Shown here: one piece after another, positions 38,158-47,496 of the stretch
Layout of the letters: each line of letters begins with the position of its first letter
How positions within the stretch are numbered: the stretch's first letter is position 1
From: a virus
Reading direction: 5' to 3' (one strand)
IMG/VR virus record: IMGVR_UViG_3300025120_000001
Span: 1-64,000 of that record
Length of the DNA stretch: 64,000 nucleotides
Notes under the pieces: model-generated
Told to the model about the DNA's origin: nothing
Seen by the model: only the letters and a program-made list of their open reading frames with translations
Databases searched by the model: none
Made by a program: the position numbers and the translations under genes

Positions 38158-38518
38158 TCTCTGATCTATAATAATGATTACATATTCTTTTTAAGTTGAA
38201 GAAGGCGCTAAGTGATATTACAATCCAACCCCAATGAGTAGGACATACATAGTTTCCTTTAATATAATACATAACAACTACTACTAGAGAAAATAAAAAA
38301 ACACCCAGAGATAAAGTTTTTCTAGTCTTTAGCGGGTGGTAACAAACAGAATATATTGTGGTAAATCCTATGATCATTGATATAATTACCAACCATAGGT
38401 TTAAGCCGTGTTCTGCACTGTATACAACAGGGAAAAATATTAACCATATTATTCCTTGTGTTATTTCAGTAGGTTCAGAATCATAATAAGTTAAAATGTT
38501 TTTTATCTTTGAAAGCAT
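38150..38518 (-). CDS. Multi-pass membrane protein
   Basis: Four hydrophobic segments; start moved to MLSKIK. Confidence 0.65.
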   Translation of the reverse strand: MLSKIKNILTYYDSEPTEITQGIIWLIFFPVVYSAEHGLNLWLVIISMIIGFTTIYSVCYHPLKTRKTLSLGVFLFSLVVVVMYYIKGNYVCPTHWGWIVISLSAFFNLKRICNHYYRSENG

Positions 38519-38564
38519 TTTACAATAAATTAGAAACAAATGTGTACTAATACTTAGTACCCTA

Positions 38565-38582
38565 TATTATAATATACAAAAA
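38565..38582 (-). promoter_or_regulatory. Putative phage late promoter (TTTTTG-TATATTATAATA)
   Basis: At the head of the minus-strand late block. Confidence 0.45.
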
Positions 38583-38632
38583 TCTAATTAATTTTTGTAG
38601 TTTAAATCATATAACTTTAAAATTTTTTACGT

Positions 38633-38821
38633 ATGAGTAGAAACCAATTTCATTTAATCATGTTTCCAAAAGAACCTTTAGTTGGAATACAGATTTTTAA
38701 TACAGAATTTCATTTTGATGATGAAGATAATAATCTCCGTATACATAGGTATTACGGTATTGAAATAGGATTATTATTTTTTAGATTTTCTTTTATGAGA
38801 ATTGGAGACAGAATCTCTTGA
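38633..38821 (+). CDS. Small beta-rich protein
   Basis: ORF track. Confidence 0.55.
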   Translation: MSRNQFHLIMFPKEPLVGIQIFNTEFHFDDEDNNLRIHRYYGIEIGLLFFRFSFMRIGDRIS

Positions 38822-38909
38822 TTTTGATCCTTATTTTTCTTAAATTATAGTACACAGCCGTACCATTCAAATAGTATGGCTTTTTTTATCAATCCTTTAA
38901 AAATTAAAT

Positions 38910-39890
38910 ATGAACGGAGATATCTTTATGCCGAGAGTAAATATTTTGCCTTATGAATACCCACAATTATTAGATTACAAAGACGCTATCAGACATTCCT
39001 ATTGGATTGATACTGAATATAATTTTACAGAAGATATTTCTGATTTTAAAACAAAGATTACTGATCAAGAAAGAGAAGTAATTAAACGCACAATGTTAGC
39101 CATTGCTCAAATAGAAGTAAAGGTTAAAACATTCTGGGGTGATTGTTTTAAAAGAATGCCTATAGCCGAAATTGGTGATGTAGGTATGACATTCGCAGAG
39201 TCTGAAGTTAGACATAAAGATGCCTACGCCAGGCTGCTTAGAATCTTAGGTTTAGAAAAAGAGTTTGAGAATGTAATTAATGTTCCTGCTATAAAAGGAC
39301 GTATGGATTATCTGAACAAGTATCTTGATGGTACTAGAAGTAAAGATAATAAAATGTATACCAAATCTGTACTGTTGTTCTCATTGTTCATTGAACATGT
39401 AAGTCTATTCAGTCAGTTTCTTATTATGATGAGTTTTAATAAAGAGAAGAACCTTTTCAAAGGGATCTCAAACGTTGTTGAAGCTACCAGTAAAGAAGAA
39501 GATATACACGGAAACTTTGGTGTTGAGTTAATCAATATCATTAAGAAAGAAAATCCGGAATGGTTTGATGCTGAGTTTGAGGGATTGGTTTATTCTGCGT
39601 GTAAGAAAGCTTACGCTGCAGAAACTGAGATCTTAGATTGGATATTTGCAAAAGGTGAGTTAGACTTTCTACCTAAAGAAACAATAACTAATTTTATTGC
39701 AAATAGATTCAATAACTCATTAAGTAAGATTGGTATGGACAGTTTGTTCAATGTTGACCAAGAATTATTAAACAAAACTAAGTGGTTTGATGTAGAGTGC
39801 ACTGCCACTAAAGAAGGAGATTTCTTCTATAAAAAACAAATTGATTATAACAAAAAAAGCAAGAGTATAACACATGCAGATTTATTCTAA
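38910..39890 (+). CDS. nrdB: Ribonucleotide reductase class I beta subunit
   Basis: ESEVRHKDAY, IEHVSLFSQF, KEEDIH di-metal ligands; DFF…Y C-terminus. Confidence 0.95.
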   Translation: MNGDIFMPRVNILPYEYPQLLDYKDAIRHSYWIDTEYNFTEDISDFKTKITDQEREVIKRTMLAIAQIEVKVKTFWGDCFKRMPIAEIGDVGMTFAESEVRHKDAYARLLRILGLEKEFENVINVPAIKGRMDYLNKYLDGTRSKDNKMYTKSVLLFSLFIEHVSLFSQFLIMMSFNKEKNLFKGISNVVEATSKEEDIHGNFGVELINIIKKENPEWFDAEFEGLVYSACKKAYAAETEILDWIFAKGELDFLPKETITNFIANRFNNSLSKIGMDSLFNVDQELLNKTKWFDVECTATKEGDFFYKKQIDYNKKSKSITHADLF

Positions 39891-39891
39891 T

Positions 39892-41520
39892 ATGAAATAC
39901 CCTAAATATTATTGGCTCAATGATGAGTCCCGCCTCTTTCTTTCAAGAGGATATATCAGTGAAACACCTGAACAAAGAATAAAAGACATAGCAATTACAG
40001 CCCAGAAGTACTTAGGTATTGATGGGTTTGCTGAGAAGTTTGAAGACTATATGGCACGTGGCTTTTATAGTCTTTCAACTCCGGTCTGGATTAACTTTGG
40101 TAAACAAAAAGGTTTACCCATTAGCTGCTATGGATCTAACGTAGATGATTCATTAGACAGTATATTAAACGCAGGACGTGAGATTGGCATGATGTCAAAG
40201 TATGGCGGAGGGACAAGCGCTTACCTAGGTAACCTTAGATCTCGTGGTACAGAGATATCAACAGGAGGCCATGCAGATGGCCCCGTGCATTACGCAAAAA
40301 TTTATGACACAGTTGTAGATGTTTGTAAACAATCAGAAGCCAGGCGTGGAGCATGCGCTGTATACTTGCCTGTAGAACACGCAGATATAATGGACTTTTT
40401 AGATATTGGAACAGAAGGTAACCCCATCCAAAACTTACAGTACGGTATAACCGCAGGTGATGATTGGATGAAAGAGATGGAAGCCGGTGATGAGGACAAG
40501 CGTAAAGTTTGGGCCAAGATTCTCCAGAGACGTTCTGAGTTTGGATTTCCGTATATCATGTTCCGGGACAACAGTAATAATCATACCACTCCTTATAAAG
40601 AATTGGGCATGGAGATTACCGCATCTAATCTTTGTTCAGAGATTCAGCTGCCAACTGATAGCTACAATTCTTTTGTATGTTGTCTTGGCTCACTGAACCT
40701 GCTGCACTGGGATGAGATCGAAAGATGTGACGCAATAGAAACGTATGTCATGTTCTTGAATGCCGTGATGGATGAGTTTGTATCTAAAGCTCGTACTCTA
40801 CCCGGAATGAAAAGAGCGTATAACTTTGCTAAGGAACACAGGGCCATTGGTCTAGGTGTACTTGGTTATCATTCGTTATTGCAGTCTAAGCTACTTGAGT
40901 TTGATTCGTTACAGACTAAAGGTTTAAATGAACATATGTTTAAACTGATAAAGACTAAAGCGGAGGCGGCCTCTGAATGGCTCCATGATAACTTCGGTTA
41001 TAAGTCAATACGTAAAGGATATGCTAATACAACCTTAATGGCTGTGGCTCCAACTAAATCTAGCTCCTTTATTCACGGTGCCGTGAGTATGGGTATAGAA
41101 CCTATAAAGTCTAATTACTTTATAAAGGATTTGGCTAAGAGTAAAACTGTGTATCAGAATCCCTTCTTAAGAGAAGAGTTGCAAAAGTATGGTTTAGATA
41201 CCCCGGAAATTTGGGATAGTATCTTAAAGAAGGACGGATCAGTTCAACATCTAGACTTCCCTACTAAAGCTGTATTTAAGTCTTTTGTTGAGATTACTCC
41301 AAAAGAACTTGTACTTCAAGCAGCTCAAAGACAGAAGTATATTGATCAATCTCAAAGTCTTAACTTGATGATTGACCCAAGTGTATCAGCTAGAGATATA
41401 AATCAACTCTATCTATATGCCTGGAAAGAAGGTGTAAAAACTTTGTACTATCAATTTAGTCAAAGTTCAGCTCAAGCCTTTTCAAGGAACATTCTTGAAT
41501 GTGCATCTTGTGAAGGTTAA
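39892..41520 (+). CDS. nrdA: Ribonucleotide reductase class I alpha subunit (no ATP cone)
   Basis: PISC, SNLCSEI, VCCLGSLN, APTKSSS, KTLYY, C-terminal CASCEG; start moved to 39892. Confidence 0.95.
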   Translation: MKYPKYYWLNDESRLFLSRGYISETPEQRIKDIAITAQKYLGIDGFAEKFEDYMARGFYSLSTPVWINFGKQKGLPISCYGSNVDDSLDSILNAGREIGMMSKYGGGTSAYLGNLRSRGTEISTGGHADGPVHYAKIYDTVVDVCKQSEARRGACAVYLPVEHADIMDFLDIGTEGNPIQNLQYGITAGDDWMKEMEAGDEDKRKVWAKILQRRSEFGFPYIMFRDNSNNHTTPYKELGMEITASNLCSEIQLPTDSYNSFVCCLGSLNLLHWDEIERCDAIETYVMFLNAVMDEFVSKARTLPGMKRAYNFAKEHRAIGLGVLGYHSLLQSKLLEFDSLQTKGLNEHMFKLIKTKAEAASEWLHDNFGYKSIRKGYANTTLMAVAPTKSSSFIHGAVSMGIEPIKSNYFIKDLAKSKTVYQNPFLREELQKYGLDTPEIWDSILKKDGSVQHLDFPTKAVFKSFVEITPKELVLQAAQRQKYIDQSQSLNLMIDPSVSARDINQLYLYAWKEGVKTLYYQFSQSSAQAFSRNILECASCEG

Positions 41521-41590
41521 CCGGGTGTTACACCGGTAGGATGAGGAAGTGTAAAGCTATGTGGGTTAAAGCCCCAAGCCTCATCCATAT

Positions 41591-41664
41591 ACACCCATAG
41601 CTCAGATGGATAGAGCACCTGCCTTCTAAGCAGGCGGTCTTAGGTTCGAATCCTAATGGGTGTA
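41591..41664 (+). tRNA. tRNA-Arg (anticodon TCT), CCA not encoded
   Basis: ACACCCA/TGGGTGT acceptor stem, D-arm GCTC..GAGC, anticodon arm CCTGC-CTTCTAA-GCAGG, GGTTCGAATCC T-arm. Confidence 0.95.
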
Positions 41665-41685
41665 CAATACTAGCTACAGTATATT

Positions 41686-41717
41686 AAAATTGGGGAGTGA
41701 TATTACTCCCCTTTTTT
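41686..41717. terminator. Bidirectional terminator between convergent units
   Basis: GGGGAGT-GATATT-ACTCCCC with a T-tract downstream and an A-rich stretch upstream. Confidence 0.7.
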
Positions 41718-44700
41718 ATTTAATAAAGAAGTTCTTCATATCAAGATAATTCTGCCATTTTTTAATACTATATAAAATAGGAATAGTATCCTGCCATTGT
41801 TTGGCTAATTTAAGCATTCCTTTTCTTCTACCTCTTTGGTATACTACTGCAGAGTTTTCGTAAAATGAATTTCTATCTTGTGTAATAGCATAGAAAGGAG
41901 TTTCTATTAATGAAAACATAGCTTCCCCAAGCTCACCCATTGTTCTTGTAGATGCAATTGGAGATTTTATCATTTGCATTTGTTCTTTAGATCCTAAAAA
42001 AGGGACAAATAGTATAAGTTCTTTTAATGTTCTGTCTGCTTGATACATTAAAATGTTTTCCATTCTCTTCTCAAGATCTCCTTCATCTCCATCATCCGCC
42101 CACATACTTTGCATTACTTCTTTTATGAGAACTGTTAGCAGCATGATTCCTATTTCACCCATAGACCTATAAAAGCCTTGCAATCTATTAAGAGCTCTTT
42201 CGTTGTCTTGGTAATCTCCATTTTCTAAATAGCCATTATCTTCTAAGAATCCGGCTGCATATTCATTAAATTTAAAATTACCTTTAGCAAGCTGTCTTCT
42301 AGTATGACCCATGAAGCCCCACCAAGATTTATACCTACCTTCCATCCAACCTAGATTTTCATCATAGTATTCTTTATCAAATCTTGCTCTCATTGCTGGA
42401 GCAATCCATTTGTGAAACTGAGCTGCAAGTTTACCAACAGTACTGGATTGCATAACCATTCTATCTTCATAGGCATAGTTACCGTGAATTTGTTTGTTTA
42501 CTTCACGCATTTGATTTCTAAGTTGATATCTAAACTGATCATTGTACTCACCCATATCTCTAAGAACTTCAGGATTGCCTTCTTCATTTAAGTTTTTATT
42601 ATCAACTTTAACTACAGTCCAATTACCTTCTTTCATTTTTAGATCATGAGAATCAGCACTAAAATCATGAGCATCATACAAAGATAATATCTCACCTGTA
42701 TCTTCATTTCTAACCATTGTATCTATCACCATGGCCATACCTACTTTAGTTTGAACATTCCACTCAGCGGCATCTTGTAAAGTATAACCCCATTCCATAA
42801 ATCTTTTAAAGTAAGACTTCCCTACTCTATCAATATCAGATCCTGACTCTCGTATTTCAGCATCACTATCCATCATTCTATATAGTTCTACAAAAGCTTC
42901 ATATTTACTATTCGCTTGCTCAGGGTCATAGCCACCTTTAGGTCCACCTAGACCTTTTGCAGATGAGGCTAATCTTTTAATCATGTCTGGTATACCTCTC
43001 TTGTTATACTCTAAAGATGATCTTAAGTAAGCATCCTTAGAATAAAATCTACCACCTATTGCTTCTATGTTATCATTGATACGGCCCAGGACGTAATTAT
43101 TAAAGTTACCAAATGGGTTAAATGCAACATAAGATAAAGATGATAACTGTATAAGACCATCTGAAACTTTTTCAAAAAAGCCTTTAGTCATTTGATCGTT
43201 GTCATAGTAAACCATATTCATCCATTTCTTAGCTCTTCTAAGGATATTAGAGTCGGTTCCTTTTATTGTTGCCTTTTCTTCAAAGCCTAATTTACTTTTA
43301 ACAACTTGTTTGATTTTTCCATCAGGAGTTTTATATTGACGTCTTTCAATTTGCTTTAGCATTGCTTTCATTGTATCATCAACAGATCCCATTGTTTCAT
43401 AATGTTCTGCCATTGATGCAAACTTGAGCAATGCATTTCCCATATCTTTATTTAACTCTCCTTTGGCCGGTTTACTTTCTTCAGCCATTCTTAAACCTTT
43501 AAGCTCAGCTATTTGCTTCTTATACGGATCAAGTTTTATTTTACCATCTGATCTATTTTGATTAAGCTCTTCAATTTTTGCATCAATTCCTTTTAAGACT
43601 TCATCATTTCTAGTTGAACCTGTATAAAATATTGGCATACTATCTACAATTTGGCCCTTCTCATCTGCAAATACAGTTCTCTGCTGCATTGTAGTTGTAA
43701 AAAGATTTTTAATACCACGGGTTGTTTTAGCAAACAGTTTAGTTCCTAAATTTGGTTTTGCTTTTAGATCTTGAAAGATTTTACCTCTCATTACAGGAAC
43801 TTTACCAAGCATTTGACCTCGTTGACTTGCTGGTATTTTATTTAAAAGATCATCCTCAAATAATTTTTTAAACATTAAATAAAACTCTTTTTTAGCTTGG
43901 CCAAGTGCTGTATCATCATTCATGATTGCTTCATACTTCTCACTTCTCAAACTATTACTAATCACATTTCCGGCATCATCTCTAAGAGATTGTTCTACTC
44001 TTACTTCTCTAAATTCAGGTCTTGGGTATGGTGATACATTATATATGGTTTTAACTTCTCCTGTAAATTGACCATTCTTACCTCTTTTAGCAACCGTTTT
44101 GCCATCTTGTTCTAAGCTTGTTCTAAAGTATTTAGCCATAAATCTATCATACGCTCTATCACTTATATCACTTTTTCTTTTCCAATAACCGTGCTTACCT
44201 CCAGCAACAAAGTATTGATACTTGGATCTTTCAGCTTTGAACTCTTCTGTATATTTATGATAACTTCCATTTGCGGGTTGATCATTTAAGCCTATAGTTT
44301 CAGCTCTAAAAAAATCTGCAAACTTTTCCTTAGCTTCAGCTAACTTAATGTTATACTCTATATCTTCTAAACTTGCCGAAGCTCTATCTGATATATCTCT
44401 AAATTCTTTTGGTTGTCCAGTAGAATCATACAAAGCATCTCTTAATTCTTGCATTCTAGCATAATACTGAGGTCCTATTTCCTGAACATACATTCCTGTA
44501 AACTCACCATCTTTGTCAAACTCTAACATAAAATCATACAAATCTTGAGGATCTTTGATACCTGCAAGTTTTTGTAATTTAGAAGCTGAACTCTGTATTA
44601 TTCTTTCCCTATCTTGTATCTTATCAAGAAGTTCTTGTTTCTTAGATTTATAAATTTTATCCATCAATGCTAACAAAGTATCTTTGGATGTAGCAAGATC

Positions 44701-47496
44701 CCTTGTTTGTAATTCTATTACGTCTATGTCTTCCCCAAACTTCATTAAATCATCTAACATATCTTCAGTAAAGTTTCTAGATGAAGTATTTTTAACAATG
44801 GTTCTTACATAATTTTCAATAGCGTTATCTATAATACCGGGAGTATAGTTATCAAAACTGCCAACACCTACTAAATCATTTGCCTGTATTTGTAGATTTA
44901 AAACTAAACTCTTTTGAGTTGCGTTTAATTCTGCAGAATCTTGAAGTTTATATAAACCCTGGAATGTTTCCATGAATCCATCAAAATTTAACACATATGA
45001 TATATATTCTGGTTTAGCAAAGTTTTTTGGATCTTCTACGTATGTTTTAAATTCATTTATTTGTCTAAGAGCATCGCGCATTAAACTGCTAAATATTCTA
45101 GATCTAGCACTTGGTCCTGATCCTAATGCAATATTAATAGCACTAATTGAATTAAGAATTTGCTCTTCAAGTTGGGCTGTAGTTTGATGTCTTCCTAAAT
45201 AAACTTGTTTATTAAGTTGATTTAAAGCTTCTTGCTTTTTGATAAGCCCAATTTGATAAGTTCTTAATGCCTGAGTTATAATAGAAAACTCAGGTGCAAC
45301 TTCAATATTTTCAGGCTGACGCTCTTCACCATCTAGAAGTTCTTCTAAAGTAGCTTCTTGAATAGACTCTGGAGATTGATTCATTGTTTCATCAATTTCT
45401 TCTTTTAAAGTCTGATCAATATTAAGTGGAATAAGCGCATCTACATAAGGTTGATTTTGACCAGGAGGATGTGTCTGTTCTCCTTCATAAGTAAACTCAC
45501 CTGTAAAACTTTGATTTTCAGCTTTTCCTTTTATACCTACTTTTACATGTATAGTACTAACAGCATCTTTATCAATGGACATGGTGTATCCCATGTTCTG
45601 CAACATTCTTTTATACATGTTTACCTGAAGACTATGCTTTTGTCTTTTTGATAATTTGCCTTTTCCGTTTTTACCTTTCTTTAATAAACCTTTTTCAACA
45701 AGCTCACTATTTTCTTCTACATCCCACTGTTTATCATACATCAGTTTTTTGCCCGCAATACCTTGATAATCATTAACTCCATCTTTAGAAGTTTTAAGAT
45801 CTACTATTTTTAATGTACCATCTGGTTTCACAATTAATAAATCTATTGTACCTGCTGTACCTGTAGCTTCATCGTAAACTGTTACCTGCGGTATTGCAAC
45901 ACTACCATCTCTTAATAACCCGGAGTCTTTATTATACAAGGCATCGTCTATATCATCAAATGCTTGACCTGCTTGTTCTTCTGTAAGAATTACTTGCCCT
46001 CCAACTTCTTCTGCATCTTGCTTAACTCTTTCAAAAGCTTCTTGTTTAGTTAAGCCTGCTGCTAATGCTTCTGTAATGCTATCAAAATTATTACCAAGGG
46101 CCATATTAATTGCATACTTCTCATCCATCTCTGCTTGCTTATCCGGACTCTTCTTTCCGCCAAATCTTTCAGTAGTGCTTTTCCAAGATCTCTCTATATC
46201 ATTTATGTCTTTATATGTATGTGTCTTTTGGTCTAGGACCAGCATTGGACTTTTTCTATTATATGCAGAAGCAGCAAGTATGCCTATATCATTTGGCGAA
46301 TGTACAGCCCCATGAAACAGTTGTCTTACTATTTCTTTTTGTACAGCATTTCCTGAGTTTGTTGCAGAATCATATGCTATCTTTGCGCCACTTGTAAGGT
46401 TATATCTAACTTTTCTATCAGCAACCCTATCTATTTTAAATTCAATACCTGATGTATTCAATAGTCTTGCTATACCACTTAGCGTAGCATTCTGTGATAT
46501 TGATCTAGCAGAAAATGCTTTTCCTGTTAAGTATTCAGATAAATTTTTAATTATATCCATAAACCAATTCAGAAATTCTTTTACTGCAGTCTTGAATGGT
46601 CTAGTTTCATTTTCAGTAAACTCTTTATTAAAGTGTCTAGATAATGCCTGGGTTACTAATTCAAGTTGTCTATGCTTTTCTGAAAATCCTCTACGGTTAT
46701 TATATGCATCATTTATTTCTTGAGATAACTCAGGAAAACTTTTCCTTGCCTCTTTTAATAATTTACCAAATAGTTCGTTATTATCTATATAAACACTATC
46801 TATAAAAGGATGGAGTATTTCTTCTATTGCTACATCATCTGTAACACGTCCTTCTATTAAAACAGCTTTGCCGTCTACGTAAAAAGATCTTATATCTTTA
46901 AATGGGACCTTTGATTTTTGTTCCATTGGTAAATCATCATATGCTTTTTTAGCATCTGCTGGGGATAACATAACAACAGAAAGTTGAGGAAACATTCTCA
47001 TCAAATGCCTCACTACTTCCCTAGAATGTGGTGTATTAAAATTCCTTGCTGACGGTATTACATCGCTTGGTGTAAATACATTTCGTTCTATATCTATAAC
47101 TAGACCTTTACCTTTACTCCTTCTAGATATGGCTTCTTTAGGTATATGATTTACTCTTAGGTAATTGTATAACCTATCTAAATTATACTTTCTTATAGCA
47201 GGATCATACGTTCTATTACGTGATGACACAACATAATAGTCTCCCTTAAACTTACTTATTATACCCAATCTAGATAAGTTTGCATATAATGCTCCTGTAA
47301 ATTCTTGAGTCTTTAAGTTATTGTAAACTTTCTGATCTTTTTTATACTGCATTACTTCAGACACTGTAGGTAAAGCATCCGTACTGTTTGCTTTTTGCCA
47401 TTTATTCATTAAGTAATTTGCTTCAATTGGTGAACCCAATGCTTCCGCAACATTTTTAAATTCAGCAGTACTTCTATTTATACATGTTTGTGCCAT
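41716..47496 (-). CDS. Large virion-delivered protein (1926 aa) with PD-(D/E)XK nuclease and degenerate zincin domain
   Basis: AGTIDLL..DG..KIVDLKT…HSLQVNMY; EEILH; TAATG-coupled to the RNAP gene. Confidence 0.75.
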   Translation of the reverse strand: MAQTCINRSTAEFKNVAEALGSPIEANYLMNKWQKANSTDALPTVSEVMQYKKDQKVYNNLKTQEFTGALYANLSRLGIISKFKGDYYVVSSRNRTYDPAIRKYNLDRLYNYLRVNHIPKEAISRRSKGKGLVIDIERNVFTPSDVIPSARNFNTPHSREVVRHLMRMFPQLSVVMLSPADAKKAYDDLPMEQKSKVPFKDIRSFYVDGKAVLIEGRVTDDVAIEEILHPFIDSVYIDNNELFGKLLKEARKSFPELSQEINDAYNNRRGFSEKHRQLELVTQALSRHFNKEFTENETRPFKTAVKEFLNWFMDIIKNLSEYLTGKAFSARSISQNATLSGIARLLNTSGIEFKIDRVADRKVRYNLTSGAKIAYDSATNSGNAVQKEIVRQLFHGAVHSPNDIGILAASAYNRKSPMLVLDQKTHTYKDINDIERSWKSTTERFGGKKSPDKQAEMDEKYAINMALGNNFDSITEALAAGLTKQEAFERVKQDAEEVGGQVILTEEQAGQAFDDIDDALYNKDSGLLRDGSVAIPQVTVYDEATGTAGTIDLLIVKPDGTLKIVDLKTSKDGVNDYQGIAGKKLMYDKQWDVEENSELVEKGLLKKGKNGKGKLSKRQKHSLQVNMYKRMLQNMGYTMSIDKDAVSTIHVKVGIKGKAENQSFTGEFTYEGEQTHPPGQNQPYVDALIPLNIDQTLKEEIDETMNQSPESIQEATLEELLDGEERQPENIEVAPEFSIITQALRTYQIGLIKKQEALNQLNKQVYLGRHQTTAQLEEQILNSISAINIALGSGPSARSRIFSSLMRDALRQINEFKTYVEDPKNFAKPEYISYVLNFDGFMETFQGLYKLQDSAELNATQKSLVLNLQIQANDLVGVGSFDNYTPGIIDNAIENYVRTIVKNTSSRNFTEDMLDDLMKFGEDIDVIELQTRDLATSKDTLLALMDKIYKSKKQELLDKIQDRERIIQSSASKLQKLAGIKDPQDLYDFMLEFDKDGEFTGMYVQEIGPQYYARMQELRDALYDSTGQPKEFRDISDRASASLEDIEYNIKLAEAKEKFADFFRAETIGLNDQPANGSYHKYTEEFKAERSKYQYFVAGGKHGYWKRKSDISDRAYDRFMAKYFRTSLEQDGKTVAKRGKNGQFTGEVKTIYNVSPYPRPEFREVRVEQSLRDDAGNVISNSLRSEKYEAIMNDDTALGQAKKEFYLMFKKLFEDDLLNKIPASQRGQMLGKVPVMRGKIFQDLKAKPNLGTKLFAKTTRGIKNLFTTTMQQRTVFADEKGQIVDSMPIFYTGSTRNDEVLKGIDAKIEELNQNRSDGKIKLDPYKKQIAELKGLRMAEESKPAKGELNKDMGNALLKFASMAEHYETMGSVDDTMKAMLKQIERRQYKTPDGKIKQVVKSKLGFEEKATIKGTDSNILRRAKKWMNMVYYDNDQMTKGFFEKVSDGLIQLSSLSYVAFNPFGNFNNYVLGRINDNIEAIGGRFYSKDAYLRSSLEYNKRGIPDMIKRLASSAKGLGGPKGGYDPEQANSKYEAFVELYRMMDSDAEIRESGSDIDRVGKSYFKRFMEWGYTLQDAAEWNVQTKVGMAMVIDTMVRNEDTGEILSLYDAHDFSADSHDLKMKEGNWTVVKVDNKNLNEEGNPEVLRDMGEYNDQFRYQLRNQMREVNKQIHGNYAYEDRMVMQSSTVGKLAAQFHKWIAPAMRARFDKEYYDENLGWMEGRYKSWWGFMGHTRRQLAKGNFKFNEYAAGFLEDNGYLENGDYQDNERALNRLQGFYRSMGEIGIMLLTVLIKEVMQSMWADDGDEGDLEKRMENILMYQADRTLKELILFVPFLGSKEQMQMIKSPIASTRTMGELGEAMFSLIETPFYAITQDRNSFYENSAVVYQRGRRKGMLKLAKQWQDTIPILYSIKKWQNYLDMKNFFIK

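Noticed and set aside
28311-41520. Inteins or introns in the polymerase or RNR genes
   Set aside because: Lengths and motif spacing are compact and uninterrupted
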